DNA of 64,000 nucleotides from Methanobacteriota archaeon. GTDB lineage: Archaea > JAADCQ01 > Methanopyri > Methanopyrales > Methanopyraceae. The position numbers and the translations under genes were made by a program. The stretch covers positions 20,622-84,621 of the forward strand of contig JAMOPY010000023.1 of the NCBI GenBank assembly GCA_027064305.1, in the 5' to 3' direction. Within the stretch, counting starts at the first letter, position 1; each line of letters starts with the position of its first letter. The notes under the pieces are model-generated. The model searched no databases, was not told the DNA's origin, and was given only the letters and a program-made list of their open reading frames with translations. Shown in pieces: positions 16,958 through 26,911 of this stretch.

Positions 16958-18736
16958 CTACATCCGCTCGAGCGCCGGGACGCCCAGGAGGTTCATGACG
17001 TTCTCCATCACGATGGTGAACGCCTCCACCAGTTTCAGTCGCGCCTTCCGCACCTCCTCGTCCTCCGCGTGCAGTACCGGCACCTCCTCGTAGAACGTGT
17101 GGAACGCCCGGGCGAGCTCGTAGGCGTACTCCGCCAGGATGTCCGGACGCCGCTTCCGCACGCACTGGGCCACCTGCCGCGGGAACATGGACATCCGGAA
17201 GACCAGCTCGAACGAGTGATCGTCGTCCAGGTGAGCCGCGTCGAACCGCTGCACGTCCTCGTCCGCCCGCCGGAGGATCGACCGGGCGCGCGCGTAGGCG
17301 TACTGGATGAACGGACCGCCCCGCCGGAAGTCCAGCGCCTCGTCCCAGTCGAACTCGATCGGCTTGTTCGGGCTCACGCGGGCGATGGCGAACCGGACCG
17401 CCCCGATGGCCACGTTCTCCGCGATCTCCTCCCGCTCCTCCTCGTCCAGATCCTCCGCCACGCCCGCCTCCCGCATCTTCTCCAGCGCGCGCCGCTTGGC
17501 CTCGTCCAGGAACTCATCCAGGGTCACGTACCGACCCTTCCGCGTCGACATCGAGCCCTCCGGCAGGTGAATGAACTCGTAGAAGATCACGTCCACGCGG
17601 TCCGGATCCGCGTCCAGCAGGTCGAGCGCCGCCTTCAGCTGCTGCACGGCGAGCTTGTGATCCGCCCCGAGCACGTCGATAACGAACGCGGCCCGCCCGA
17701 GCTTCCACAGGTGGTACGCGATGTCCCGCGTCGTGTACAGGGTCGTCCCGTCGCTCCGCGTGAGCACGAGCTCCTTGTCGATCCCGTAGTCCTCCAGATC
17801 GAGGACCACGGCCCCGTCGTCGCGCTCCTCCGCCGCGCCCATCTCCACGAGCTTCTCGACGATCTCGACCGCATCCTCCACGAACTCGCTCTCGTACACG
17901 AACCGGTCGTGGGCCACGCGGAGCCGCTCCAGGGTCTCGATGTGCCCCCTCAGGCACTCCTCCACCACGGTCTGAAACGCCTCCGCGATGCGCTCCGCCC
18001 GGGACTCCTCCTCCAGCAGATACCGCTCGTAGGAGCGCAGGAACCGCTCCACCACCTCCTCCAGCTCGGGATCCTCCTCGATCTCCCTCGCCGCCTCCGC
18101 GTACAGCTCGCCGAAGAACTCGTCCGGCTTCCTACCCTCCGGGACCTCCGGCCGCCCCTCCTTGATGTACTTCCACGCGAGCATCGCGATCTGCTTGCCC
18201 ATGTCGTTCACGTAGTACTGGACCTCCACGTCGTAGTTCGTGAACACCATGCACCGGGCCAGGATGTCCCCGATGATCGCGTTCCGGCCGTGGCCAATGT
18301 GCAGCGGGCCGTTCGGGTTCGCGCTCGTGTGCTCCAGGATCGCGGGCCGACCCATCCCCAGGTCCAGCGACCCGTACTCCTCCCCGTAGTAGAAGACGGA
18401 CCGGAGGACGAGGGCGGCGTACTGAGGCCGGTTCAGCCGGATGTTGATGTACCCGGGCCCCTCCACCCGGGCCTCGTCCACGAGCACGACCTCGTCCAGG
18501 TCGGACTCCTCCAGGATCGTCTCCGCGACCCGCCGGGGCTCCTCGCCCACCTCCTTCGCCAGCGAGAGGGCGACGGGCGTGGCCACGTCCGCGTCCTCCA
18601 CCGGCGGCTCCGGATCCACCGGTACCTCCACGGGCTCGTCCACGTCGTACGCCGAGGAGACGGCGTCCCGGATCGAGGTCCGGATCGTCCGGACGAGGAG
18701 CGAGTACGGATCGTGCGGTGGCGCCTCCTCCGCCAA
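16958..18736 (-). CDS. argS: Arginine--tRNA ligase
   Basis: EHTSANPNGPLHIGHGRN, YYVNDMGKQ, RSDGTTLYTTRD, MSTRKG, QYAYAR and ERM end. Confidence 0.97.
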   Translation of the reverse strand: MAEEAPPHDPYSLLVRTIRTSIRDAVSSAYDVDEPVEVPVDPEPPVEDADVATPVALSLAKEVGEEPRRVAETILEESDLDEVVLVDEARVEGPGYINIRLNRPQYAALVLRSVFYYGEEYGSLDLGMGRPAILEHTSANPNGPLHIGHGRNAIIGDILARCMVFTNYDVEVQYYVNDMGKQIAMLAWKYIKEGRPEVPEGRKPDEFFGELYAEAAREIEEDPELEEVVERFLRSYERYLLEEESRAERIAEAFQTVVEECLRGHIETLERLRVAHDRFVYESEFVEDAVEIVEKLVEMGAAEERDDGAVVLDLEDYGIDKELVLTRSDGTTLYTTRDIAYHLWKLGRAAFVIDVLGADHKLAVQQLKAALDLLDADPDRVDVIFYEFIHLPEGSMSTRKGRYVTLDEFLDEAKRRALEKMREAGVAEDLDEEEREEIAENVAIGAVRFAIARVSPNKPIEFDWDEALDFRRGGPFIQYAYARARSILRRADEDVQRFDAAHLDDDHSFELVFRMSMFPRQVAQCVRKRRPDILAEYAYELARAFHTFYEEVPVLHAEDEEVRKARLKLVEAFTIVMENVMNLLGVPALERM

Positions 18737-18751
18737 CGGGCACCGACCCCG

Positions 18752-19987
18752 TTACCCCGGTCGGAACCTCAGCAGCGCACCCAGGCCGCCGAACGCCTGG
18801 TGGAACTGCGCGCCCTCCTCCGTCTCGGTTGAAATTATCTCCACCCGAGCCCCCGTCCGCTCCGCCAGCTCCAGGTAGTAGTCCACGAGCTCCTTCACGT
18901 CCTCCACCTCCAGCTCGGCCTCACCGCACTCCGGGCACTCCCCGGCCCGCTCCCTCGCCTCCTCCTTGCTCCGAACCGTGACCACCTCCTCGTGACCGCA
19001 CTCCGGGCACCGGAGCACCGCCTTGTACCCCTCCAGCTCCTCCGAGATCAGCAGCGTCTCCACGGCCCCCATCCGCAGCATCCTCTCCACCTCATCCTCC
19101 CCGTACGCCGCCAGATCCCCGTTGACCGCCTCCTCCATGAACCGCCGCACCAGCCGCTTCTCCCGGACCAGCTCCGCCTCCTTGAGCGCGTCCTCCGCCT
19201 TGTTCAGCGCCTCCCGGATCCCCGACTCGTCCGTGTTCCCCACATCCACCACGGCGATGACCTTCTCCTTCAGGTCCTTGGGCAGGTAGTCCCCCTCCAG
19301 GAACTCCTCCTTCGTCGGGCCCGGACCGCCCACGATGATCCCCTTCAGGTTCTCCACCTCCTCGAAAACCTCCCGCGCGGCCTCACCCACCTCCTGGTAG
19401 AACTCGTGCGCCGCGTGCTCGATCAGCCGATCGAAGCGCCGCTGCGACTGCCCGCCCGCCTTGTGCTTACCCGGCACATCCGACTTAAGCCGCTTCTTCA
19501 CCTCAACCCGCTTACCCTTGACCAGCCCGATCGTCGCCTCCCGACGGTCCATGACCAGCACGCCGTACACATCCTTATCCTCGAGACACTCCTTCAGGGG
19601 CTCCAGGTAAAACCTGGAATCGCACCGGTAAATGAACCGATCCACCGGCTCGGGCGGCTCGATTAGCTCCGCCACCATCTTCTCCTTCGTGCCTTCTTTA
19701 ACCGTACCGACCAACACCACCAACCCGTTCTCCGGGGTCTCACCCACGGTCTTGAGCCTTTGAATAACCACCTCAATTGCGGACTGAACGTTCTTCCGCG
19801 TCCTCTTACTCTTGATATTACTCGCCTGAGAGTACTCCTCCCTCATCATTGCGATCACATCGCTCAACCGCTTCTCCGGCGGAATGTATATCGTGATCAG
19901 CTCCGTACCCTCGCCCTCCAGGCTCTCCAACCGCTCTAGCATTCTTTTGAACTTGTACCGTTCCACGCTCTCGGAGGTCGCCTCCAA
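18752..19987 (-). CDS. prf1: Peptide chain release factor aRF1
   Basis: ASNIKSK, YRCDSRF, KHKAGGQSQRRF and FGGLGALLRF. Confidence 0.97.
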   Translation of the reverse strand: MEATSESVERYKFKRMLERLESLEGEGTELITIYIPPEKRLSDVIAMMREEYSQASNIKSKRTRKNVQSAIEVVIQRLKTVGETPENGLVVLVGTVKEGTKEKMVAELIEPPEPVDRFIYRCDSRFYLEPLKECLEDKDVYGVLVMDRREATIGLVKGKRVEVKKRLKSDVPGKHKAGGQSQRRFDRLIEHAAHEFYQEVGEAAREVFEEVENLKGIIVGGPGPTKEEFLEGDYLPKDLKEKVIAVVDVGNTDESGIREALNKAEDALKEAELVREKRLVRRFMEEAVNGDLAAYGEDEVERMLRMGAVETLLISEELEGYKAVLRCPECGHEEVVTVRSKEEARERAGECPECGEAELEVEDVKELVDYYLELAERTGARVEIISTETEEGAQFHQAFGGLGALLRFRPG

Positions 19988-20004
19988 CCGGGCTCCCCCA
20001 GGGG

Positions 20005-20685
20005 GTGATCGGGCTGTACGCGGTCGTGGCGCTCGGCGGGTCCGTGCTCAACGTGCGGAACCCGGACCGGATCCGGGAGGCCGCGGACCTCATCTCCGAA
20101 GCGCTGGAATCCGGGCTGAAAACCTGCGTCGTCGTCGGTGGGGGCCCCGTCGCCCGTGAGTACATAAACGTAGCGCGAGACCTCGGGGCGCCCGAGACCG
20201 CCCTCGACGAGCTCGGCATCACGGTGACCCGACTGAACGCCGCCCTCCTCAACCTCGCGCTCGGCCGGCCCGGGACCGACGTCCCGGAAACCCCCTCGGA
20301 AGCCGCGGAAACGGTCCGCCGGGAGGGCGTGGCCGTCTGCGGGGGCACGCACCCGGGCCACACCACCGACGCCGTCGGGGCCATGATCGCCGAGCTCCTG
20401 CAGGCCCCGCTCATCATCGTCACCAACGTGGACGGGATCTACGACCGGGACCCGAGCGAGCCGGGCGCCCGGAAGTTCCGGGAGATCAGCGCCCGCGAGC
20501 TCGAGCGGCTGGCCTTCGAGGCCGACCTGGAGGCCGGCGGCAGCTTCGTGGTCGATCCCGTCGCGACCAAGATCATCCGCCGCGGCCGCGTGACCACCCA
20601 CGTCCTGTCCTGGGATGACTTCAAAAGCGCCGGGATCCGGGGGACCCTCCGGGGCCGGCACGACGGCACGATCGTCCGGGGGTGA
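20005..20685 (+). CDS. pyrH: UMP kinase
   Basis: VALGGSVL, VVGGG..AR.YI, GGTHPGHTTDAV and TNVDGIYDRDP. Confidence 0.95.
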   Translation: MIGLYAVVALGGSVLNVRNPDRIREAADLISEALESGLKTCVVVGGGPVAREYINVARDLGAPETALDELGITVTRLNAALLNLALGRPGTDVPETPSEAAETVRREGVAVCGGTHPGHTTDAVGAMIAELLQAPLIIVTNVDGIYDRDPSEPGARKFREISARELERLAFEADLEAGGSFVVDPVATKIIRRGRVTTHVLSWDDFKSAGIRGTLRGRHDGTIVRG

Positions 20686-20689
20686 CCGG

Positions 20690-20887
20690 GTGTCGGAGCG
20701 CGAGCGCGTCCCCCCGCACTCCCACTGCATCGTCTGCGGGGCCGCGATCCCCGAGGGAGAACGCTTCTGCAGCGAGAGATGCCGGCGCGAGTACGAGCGC
20801 CGACGTCGGCGGGCCACCCTCACCCACTGGATCCTCGCGGGCGGCCTGATCGCCCTCGGCATCGTCCTCATGCTCCGCGGGGTCTAG
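20690..20887 (+). CDS. DUF2116-family Zn-ribbon membrane protein
   Basis: PHSHCIVCG..IP...RFCSERC plus a C-terminal TM helix; usual neighbour of pyrH. Confidence 0.85.
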   Translation: MSERERVPPHSHCIVCGAAIPEGERFCSERCRREYERRRRRATLTHWILAGGLIALGIVLMLRGV

Positions 20888-21609
20888 ACCCGCAGCGACT
20901 CCAGCCCCTCCCCACGACGACCACGAACGACCTCCCCCGGCGTCCTCACCCGGAGTCCCGGGCAGAAGACCTCCGAGCCCCCCGCCACGAGCCCGCCGTA
21001 CTCCACCCACGTCAGGAACTCGTACCCCGGCCCCGGGGTCTCGTACTCGAACTCCTTCGGGATCCGCCCCTCGGTTCGGATCACCTCGAGCGGCTCCGCC
21101 CCGCGCACGTCCGTGGGCGCGTACCGGGGCGTCCGCGGCGGGTCCTCCAGCGGTCGCCGCCCGATCCGCACCTCCGGGGGCAGCACCCGGGGCCCGTACC
21201 GCTCCAGCGCGGCGTTCACCACGTCCACGAAGTCCTCCTCCAGCAGCAGCGTGTCGATCATCTCGCAGACGATCACGTCGGCGTTCACCTCCACGCGCCG
21301 CGCGTCGGCCCGCACCACCTCCCACCGCACGTCCCTCGGCGCGTACCTCCTGAGGTTCCGCTCCAGCAGCCGGGCCCTCCTGGGATTCCGCTCCACCGCG
21401 ACGACCCGACGGGCGCCCGCGTTCGCGGCGACCACGGAGAGCGGTCCCGTCCCGGCGCCCAGGTCGGCGAACTCGGCCCCGTCGGCGTGGTCGCACACCA
21501 TGCGGACGAACGCGCCCGTCCGCTCCCGGTCCCGCAGCAGGTCGTCCTGGTAGGCGTCCACGAGCAGCCGGAAGCTCCCGACCGGGGTGCGGAGCGTCCG
21601 GACCAGCAT
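20884..21609 (-). CDS. Class I SAM-dependent methyltransferase (PRMT-like archaeal family)
   Basis: LLRDRER..AF, DLGAGTGPLS, VAVE and ADVIVCEMIDTLLLEE. Confidence 0.85.
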   Translation of the reverse strand: MLVRTLRTPVGSFRLLVDAYQDDLLRDRERTGAFVRMVCDHADGAEFADLGAGTGPLSVVAANAGARRVVAVERNPRRARLLERNLRRYAPRDVRWEVVRADARRVEVNADVIVCEMIDTLLLEEDFVDVVNAALERYGPRVLPPEVRIGRRPLEDPPRTPRYAPTDVRGAEPLEVIRTEGRIPKEFEYETPGPGYEFLTWVEYGGLVAGGSEVFCPGLRVRTPGEVVRGRRGEGLESLRV

Positions 21610-21611
21610 GG

Positions 21612-22154
21612 TCAGCCTTCCGCGGCCTGCTGCTGCCGCTTCTTCGCCTCCTCCTCCCGCGCCTCCTCTTCCCTCCTCCCCGTCTTCAGCTTGATCACGT
21701 AGTCGGCGGCGTTCTGCAGGGCCGTGCTGAACCCCGGCTCGGCCCCGATCACGATGGTCACCTTGCCCCGCTCCTTCGCCTTCGCGATGATGGGCAGGAA
21801 GTCCGTGTCCCGCGTCATCAGGGCCAGCGCGTCCACGCTGTCGCTGTAGATGATGTCCATCGCCTCCACGGCGAGGTACACGTCCACGTCCCCCGGGATG
21901 ACCCGGGGCACGAACCCCTGGTTCGCCACCGCCTCGATGAGCTTGTCCGACGCGTACTGGTTCAGGAACGCCAGGCCGATGCGGATCGTGCCCAGCTCCT
22001 CGACGAGCTCCCGGACCTCCTTCAGACTGATGTCGAACTCGCGCCGGAGCATGTTCGGCCCGTCGATCAGCATCGCGATGTCCAGATCGCCCCGCTTGGT
22101 CTTGCGCTTGATCACGCCGCTCATGTAGTCCTTAACGGTATCCAGCAAGATCAA
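21612..22154 (-). CDS. NYN-domain protein (TIGR00288-like)
   Basis: LIDGPNMLR, GDVDV.LAVEAM, TRDTDFLP and GFSTALQNAAD. Confidence 0.88.
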   Translation of the reverse strand: MILLDTVKDYMSGVIKRKTKRGDLDIAMLIDGPNMLRREFDISLKEVRELVEELGTIRIGLAFLNQYASDKLIEAVANQGFVPRVIPGDVDVYLAVEAMDIIYSDSVDALALMTRDTDFLPIIAKAKERGKVTIVIGAEPGFSTALQNAADYVIKLKTGRREEEAREEEAKKRQQQAAEG

Positions 22155-22903
22155 CCACCCGCGAACACGCGCACTCGGGTTTCTCCCGGGCAAAAGTGGA
22201 AGGGGAAGGATTCCACGATCGCCGCGTCCACAACGCCGGCACGGGTGAGCAACGGGACCAAGTGCGTGCAGGACTGGGCGTACAGCGCGATGGGACCGCG
22301 GTGACGGGTCACGATGCGCTTGAACGAGCCGTTCACCAGCACCATGCCGGTGGCCAGTAGCGGGAACTCGCCCAGCCTCGCGCGCCGCGGGACCCCCACC
22401 CGGGGATCCGCGTCCACCACCCCCCGGAGCAGCCCCCGTCGCTCCAGCTCCCGACGGAGGGCGCCGGAGTATCCAATCAGGAGCACCCTCTCTCCGAACC
22501 GGTCCTCCACCGTATCCGCTATGATGCGGGCCCGCTCCTTTTCAGCCTTCCTGTAACTCCTGGGCAGCCGCTCGGAGAGCAGCGGCGAGACCTCGCCGGC
22601 CCGGGCGCTGGCCATGGCGTCCAGGGTCAGGGCGCTCGTCGGCGGGTCCGAGGACGAGCGCCACACGGCCTTCAACCGGCGGCCCAGGAGGCCCGAGTCC
22701 GAGGGCGGTCGGGGGTGCAGGACGGTCCCCTCGAGCCCCCCATCCGTTTTGATCATTGTAACGATATCGTCGTGGACGCGGTCCCCGTCCGGGGGTCGAC
22801 GCGCCCCCGTCAGCGTGAGCACGGCGGCGATTCGATCGTCCGACCCCTCACTCCTCACCAGGCTCCTTACCACCCTGGAATAGCGCCTCCAGCGCCCGGT
22901 CAT
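22151..22903 (-). CDS. Hypothetical protein with a Rossmann-like domain (DUF364-like)
   Basis: VLLIGY and LATGMVLVNGSF resemble DUF364 motifs; translationally coupled in the operon. Confidence 0.5.
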   Translation of the reverse strand: MTGRWRRYSRVVRSLVRSEGSDDRIAAVLTLTGARRPPDGDRVHDDIVTMIKTDGGLEGTVLHPRPPSDSGLLGRRLKAVWRSSSDPPTSALTLDAMASARAGEVSPLLSERLPRSYRKAEKERARIIADTVEDRFGERVLLIGYSGALRRELERRGLLRGVVDADPRVGVPRRARLGEFPLLATGMVLVNGSFKRIVTRHRGPIALYAQSCTHLVPLLTRAGVVDAAIVESFPFHFCPGETRVRVFAGG

Positions 22904-23180
22904 CGCACTCCCCCGGCGCGTCCCGCCTCCCCACCCGCACCTCCGGCCTACCGTAGCGCTCCAGCACCGACCTCACGACCCCGCCGGGATCGCCCGGGCC
23001 GACCACGTCCGCCAGGATCACGTACTCGCGGGCGGGGCGGCCCCCGGCGAGGATCACCGCCCCCTCGCTCACCAGCACGCGCTCGACCTCGAACCCCGCC
23101 GCCCGGAGCGCTCGCTCCAGCCGCTTCCTCAGCTCGCGCGGGCGGAGCGGTTTGGTGGCGAGGAGGTGGGCGTCGACCAT
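22848..23180 (-). CDS. Hypothetical protein
   Basis: ATG just downstream of the phoH-like stop, normal codon usage, fills the operon gap. Confidence 0.55.
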   Translation of the reverse strand: MVDAHLLATKPLRPRELRKRLERALRAAGFEVERVLVSEGAVILAGGRPAREYVILADVVGPGDPGGVVRSVLERYGRPEVRVGRRDAPGECDDRALEALFQGGKEPGEE

Positions 23181-23188
23181 GCGCCGGC

Positions 23189-24331
23189 TCACGCCTGCTC
23201 GACCTCCAGGCCCATGCCGAGGAGCTCCTGCAGTACCTCCTCGACGAACCGGGCGTACCGGCCGCGCTGCCCCATGAACGGGCCGAAGTCCCGCCGGTCG
23301 ATCCACACCTTCAGGTTCGGGCCCGCGATGTCCACGTCGACGATGCGCTCCCCGATCCACGGGACCGGGTGGATGTCCGCGATGAAGTCGATGAAGTCCA
23401 GCGTCAGGTGCGTGACGACGATCCGCATGTTCGTCTCCGCCTCGATGTTCTCGATCCGCTCGCCCCCCGTGCCGACCACCCGGCCCACGTGCCCCTCCTT
23501 GGTCACGATCACGGCCTGCGGCACGTTCTCCGTGTCGATCTCCAGGTCCTCGGCGATGGGCTCCACGTACAGGACCGTGAGCACGTCGGCGTCCGGCGCC
23601 TCCACCCGGACCACGTCCATGATCTCCCGCTCCACGTCGTTCAGCTCGCGGTTGCGGACGCGGATCTCCAGCTGCAGGTGCACGCCCCGCTCCGCGCCCG
23701 GCCGCACGATGTCCCGCGTGCCCAGGTCGATCACCGCGGCCTTGGGCTCCTCGGCCAGGATCTCCCGCATGACCGTCGCGCCGCACCGCTCCACGTCGAT
23801 GTCCTTCTGGAAGACCGGATCGCCCGTGATCAGCAGGCGCGAGTTGTGACCCATCCGCGCCAGTACCTCGCCCGCGTTCTCCGGCAGCATGTTCTGAACC
23901 TCGTCCAGCAGGATCACGGCGTCGTCGAACGTGCGCCCCCGGACGAAGTGCGTGTCCACGATCATGATCTTCTCCTCATCGATCATCCGCCGGAGCTCCT
24001 TCCGCCCCGTGAACTGCGAGAGCACGTCCATCACCGGCGTGACGACCATCTCCTCGAACTTCTCCGGCACGTCGGCGGAGCTCATCTCCTCCTTCGTCGC
24101 CACGTCCACGAGCGGCCGCGTGACGATGAACCGATCGTACTCGCCCTCCATCACCGCCTTCACGCCGTACGCGGCGCAGAAGAGCGTCTTACCCGTACCC
24201 GTCGGCCCGAACGCGGCCACGATCTCGTTCTCCTCGTCCAGCAGGGCCTCGTACAGCTCCTTCTGACCGTCCGTCTGGGGCTCCACCCCGAGCAGGTCCT
24301 CCACCATCCGCCGCGCACCCCCGGCCGTCAT
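23189..24331 (-). CDS. PhoH-family ATPase with C-terminal KH domains
   Basis: GPTGTGKT, ITRP-like motif, RGRTF, LDEVQN, TGDP..Q.D and the KH motif VGTGGERI. Confidence 0.9.
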   Translation of the reverse strand: MTAGGARRMVEDLLGVEPQTDGQKELYEALLDEENEIVAAFGPTGTGKTLFCAAYGVKAVMEGEYDRFIVTRPLVDVATKEEMSSADVPEKFEEMVVTPVMDVLSQFTGRKELRRMIDEEKIMIVDTHFVRGRTFDDAVILLDEVQNMLPENAGEVLARMGHNSRLLITGDPVFQKDIDVERCGATVMREILAEEPKAAVIDLGTRDIVRPGAERGVHLQLEIRVRNRELNDVEREIMDVVRVEAPDADVLTVLYVEPIAEDLEIDTENVPQAVIVTKEGHVGRVVGTGGERIENIEAETNMRIVVTHLTLDFIDFIADIHPVPWIGERIVDVDIAGPNLKVWIDRRDFGPFMGQRGRYARFVEEVLQELLGMGLEVEQA

Positions 24332-25125
24332 CTACCGAACCTTCGCTCCCGCTTCTGAAACTCCCGGATCGCCCGGAGCAGATCGATCTTGCGGAACTCC
24401 GGCCAGTACACGTCCACGAAGTACAGCTCGGAGTACGCGGAGTACCACAGGAGGAAGTTACTCAACCGCTCCTCACCGCTCGTCCGGATGATGAGCTCCG
24501 GATCGGGCAGGTCACCCACGTAGACGTACTCGCGGAACGTCTCCTCGTCTATGCTGCGAGGATCGAGCCGGCCCGATTTAACGTCTTGGGCGATCTCTCG
24601 CACCGCGTCGATGATCTCCTGACGGCCCCCGTACGCCACCGCCACGTTCAGGAACCGCTCCGAGTACTCCCTCGTCGCCTCCTCCGCCTCCCGAATCGCC
24701 TCCCGCACCCGACGCGGCAGCAGGTGCAACCGACCCATCGCCCGCACGGCGACCCGACGCCGATGAATCCGCTCGCTCCGGGCCAGCTCCCTGAACCGCT
24801 CCTCCATCAGGTCGAACAGATGACGCAGCTCCTCCTTCGGCCGGTTCAGGTTCTCGGTGGAGAGCGCGTAAACCGTGACGATCCTAACCCCGATGTCGAA
24901 GCACCATTCCAGCACCTGCTCCAGCTTATCCGCCCCGTACCGGTGCCCCTCCCAGGGCTTCAGCCCCAACTCGCGGGCGAACCTACGATTCCCATCCATG
25001 ATGATGCCCACGTGCTCGGGCACCTTACCCCGACGCACCCTCCGCTCCAACATCCTCTCGTACATCTTATATACCGGCTTGAGGGAGGCCCGGACGACCT
25101 GCCTCATCGCGCGACGCGGATTCAC
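24328..25125 (-). CDS. uppS: cis-prenyltransferase (undecaprenyl diphosphate synthase)
   Basis: HVGIIMDGNRRFA, YALSTEN, YGGRQEI and IRTSGEERLSNFLLW; start at 25125 or 25107. Confidence 0.95.
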   Translation of the reverse strand: MNPRRAMRQVVRASLKPVYKMYERMLERRVRRGKVPEHVGIIMDGNRRFARELGLKPWEGHRYGADKLEQVLEWCFDIGVRIVTVYALSTENLNRPKEELRHLFDLMEERFRELARSERIHRRRVAVRAMGRLHLLPRRVREAIREAEEATREYSERFLNVAVAYGGRQEIIDAVREIAQDVKSGRLDPRSIDEETFREYVYVGDLPDPELIIRTSGEERLSNFLLWYSAYSELYFVDVYWPEFRKIDLLRAIREFQKRERRFGR

Positions 25126-25186
25126 GGACGCGATGCGACCGAACGCGGACGTTAACCCCTCCCACCCCCTGACGGGGGTTGAACCG

Positions 25187-25681
25187 TTGATCGGGCTGAT
25201 CTCGGACACCCACGACAACCTGCGAGCCGTGCGCGAGCTGGCGGACCGAATGAACGACGAGGGCGTCGAAGTCGTGCTGCACGCCGGCGACTACGTCGCT
25301 CCCTTCACGCTCCCCGAGCTCGCGAAAATCGACTGCGAGGAGTTTATAGGCGTTTTCGGAAACAACGACGGGGAGCGCGATTTCCTCCGCGAGAAGGCGG
25401 AAGAGGTCGGCTTCAACCTGGTCGGCGAGGTCTTCACGGGCGAGGTCCTGGGACTGAAGGTCGCCATGGTGCACGGGACCGAGGAGGCCATCGTCGAGGC
25501 CCTCGCCCGCTCCGGCCAGTACGACGTGGTCGTCTACGGCCACACCCACGAGCCCGAGGAGCGCCGGGTGGGCGACACCCTCGTCGTGAACCCCGGCGAG
25601 GCCTGCGGGTACGTGACCGGCCGCCGCACCGCGGCCCTCCTGGACCCCGACGAACGAACGGTCAAGCTGATCGAGTTCTGA
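25187..25681 (+). CDS. Metallophosphoesterase (MJ0936/YfcE family)
   Basis: ISDTHDN, HAGD, GNND, HG, GHTH and NPGE. Confidence 0.92.
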   Translation: MIGLISDTHDNLRAVRELADRMNDEGVEVVLHAGDYVAPFTLPELAKIDCEEFIGVFGNNDGERDFLREKAEEVGFNLVGEVFTGEVLGLKVAMVHGTEEAIVEALARSGQYDVVVYGHTHEPEERRVGDTLVVNPGEACGYVTGRRTAALLDPDERTVKLIEF

Positions 25682-25688
25682 CCCCGCA

Positions 25689-25748
25689 CTCCGATGACGA
25701 GCACGGCCTTCACCCGACGGGGTGATGACATCCACCCGAGCCGAGGAG
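25689..25748 (+). ncRNA. Box C/D guide sRNA, both guides probably targeting the 5' region of 23S rRNA
   Basis: CTCC-g-ATGACGA-guide-CCGA-GTGATGA-guide-CCGA-GGAG; guides are complementary to GUGAAGGCCGUGC and CUCGGGUGGAUG. Confidence 0.85.
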
Positions 25749-26899
25749 CCCGCCCCTTCGCCCGCCCCGACCTGGACGACCCCAGGCTGGCGAACCTCCT
25801 CCAAGCCCGCACCCCCGACTACCCGACCCTCCTCGCCGCCCTCATCGCACCCGTCCGCTGGTACACGCTCCGCGTGAACACGCTGAAGGCGGACCCGGAG
25901 GACGTCCTGGAGCTCCTGTCCCGGGAGCTACCGGACCACCGCGTCCGACCCTCCCCGTACTCCGAGCACGCCGTGGAGATCGAGGTGAAGGGACCCCACC
26001 GAGTGCGCCCCGACGAGGAGCGGGTCGTGGTGGCCGACAAGTTCGCCGCCGAGAGCGTGTACGTGGGGGCCGACCTGTACGCCCCCGGGGTGCTCCGGGC
26101 CGAGGGCGTGAGGCGGGGCGATCGGGTGCTCGTCGTCTCCGAGCGGGGCCACCCCGTGGCCCTCGGCGTGGCCGAGATGGACGGGGACGAGATGGAGGAT
26201 CGGGACCGGGGGCTGGCCGTCCGCGTCGACCGACCCGTGTACCGGGCCCCCAAGGTGCGCGCCACCCGGGCCTACGCCCGGGGCTGGATCTACTCCCAGG
26301 GCCTCCCCTCCATCCTCGCCGTCGAGGCCCTCGACCCGCGACCCGGAGAGTCCGTCATCGACCTCTGCGCGGCCCCCGGGGGCAAGTGCTCCCACGTCGC
26401 CCAGCTCACGGGCCCCGACTCCAAGATCGTCGCCATCGACCGGTCCAAACCCCGGCTGGAGCGGATGGAACGACGATTGCGACGGCTCGGCATCGACTGG
26501 GTCCGGGTGATCCACGGGGACGCCCGACGCGTCTGCCGCCGACTCCGGGAGCGGTTCGACGTGGCGATCGTGGACCCGCCCTGCACCGCCCTGGGCGTGC
26601 GACCCAAGCTGTGGATCGAGGCCACCTACGAGGAGTGCCTGGGCCTACCCTCGTACCAGTTCTCGCTGCTCCGAGCCGCCCACCGGGTCCTAAGACCGGG
26701 CGGCCGCCTCCTCTACGCCACCTGCACGCTGACCCGCGAGGAGAACGAGCTCGTCGTCCGCCGAGCGGTCGAAGAGCTAGGCATGGAGCCGATCACCGAG
26801 GCACTTAAGCCCGCGAACCCCGCCGGGGACGGCGCGCTCTTCCTCCCTCACCGAGCGGACACGCCCGGGTTCTTCTACGCCGTGCTCAGGAAGGAATAG
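25694..26899 (+). CDS. RsmB/NOP2/Sun-family RNA m5C methyltransferase with PUA domain (NSUN6-like); start uncertain
   Basis: TLRVNTLK, PUA motif AESVYVGADLYAPGV, DLCAAPGGK, DPPCTALG and YATCTL..EENE. Confidence 0.9.
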   Translation: MTSTAFTRRGDDIHPSRGARPFARPDLDDPRLANLLQARTPDYPTLLAALIAPVRWYTLRVNTLKADPEDVLELLSRELPDHRVRPSPYSEHAVEIEVKGPHRVRPDEERVVVADKFAAESVYVGADLYAPGVLRAEGVRRGDRVLVVSERGHPVALGVAEMDGDEMEDRDRGLAVRVDRPVYRAPKVRATRAYARGWIYSQGLPSILAVEALDPRPGESVIDLCAAPGGKCSHVAQLTGPDSKIVAIDRSKPRLERMERRLRRLGIDWVRVIHGDARRVCRRLRERFDVAIVDPPCTALGVRPKLWIEATYEECLGLPSYQFSLLRAAHRVLRPGGRLLYATCTLTREENELVVRRAVEELGMEPITEALKPANPAGDGALFLPHRADTPGFFYAVLRKE

Positions 26900-26911
26900 G
26901 CGGGTAGCGCG

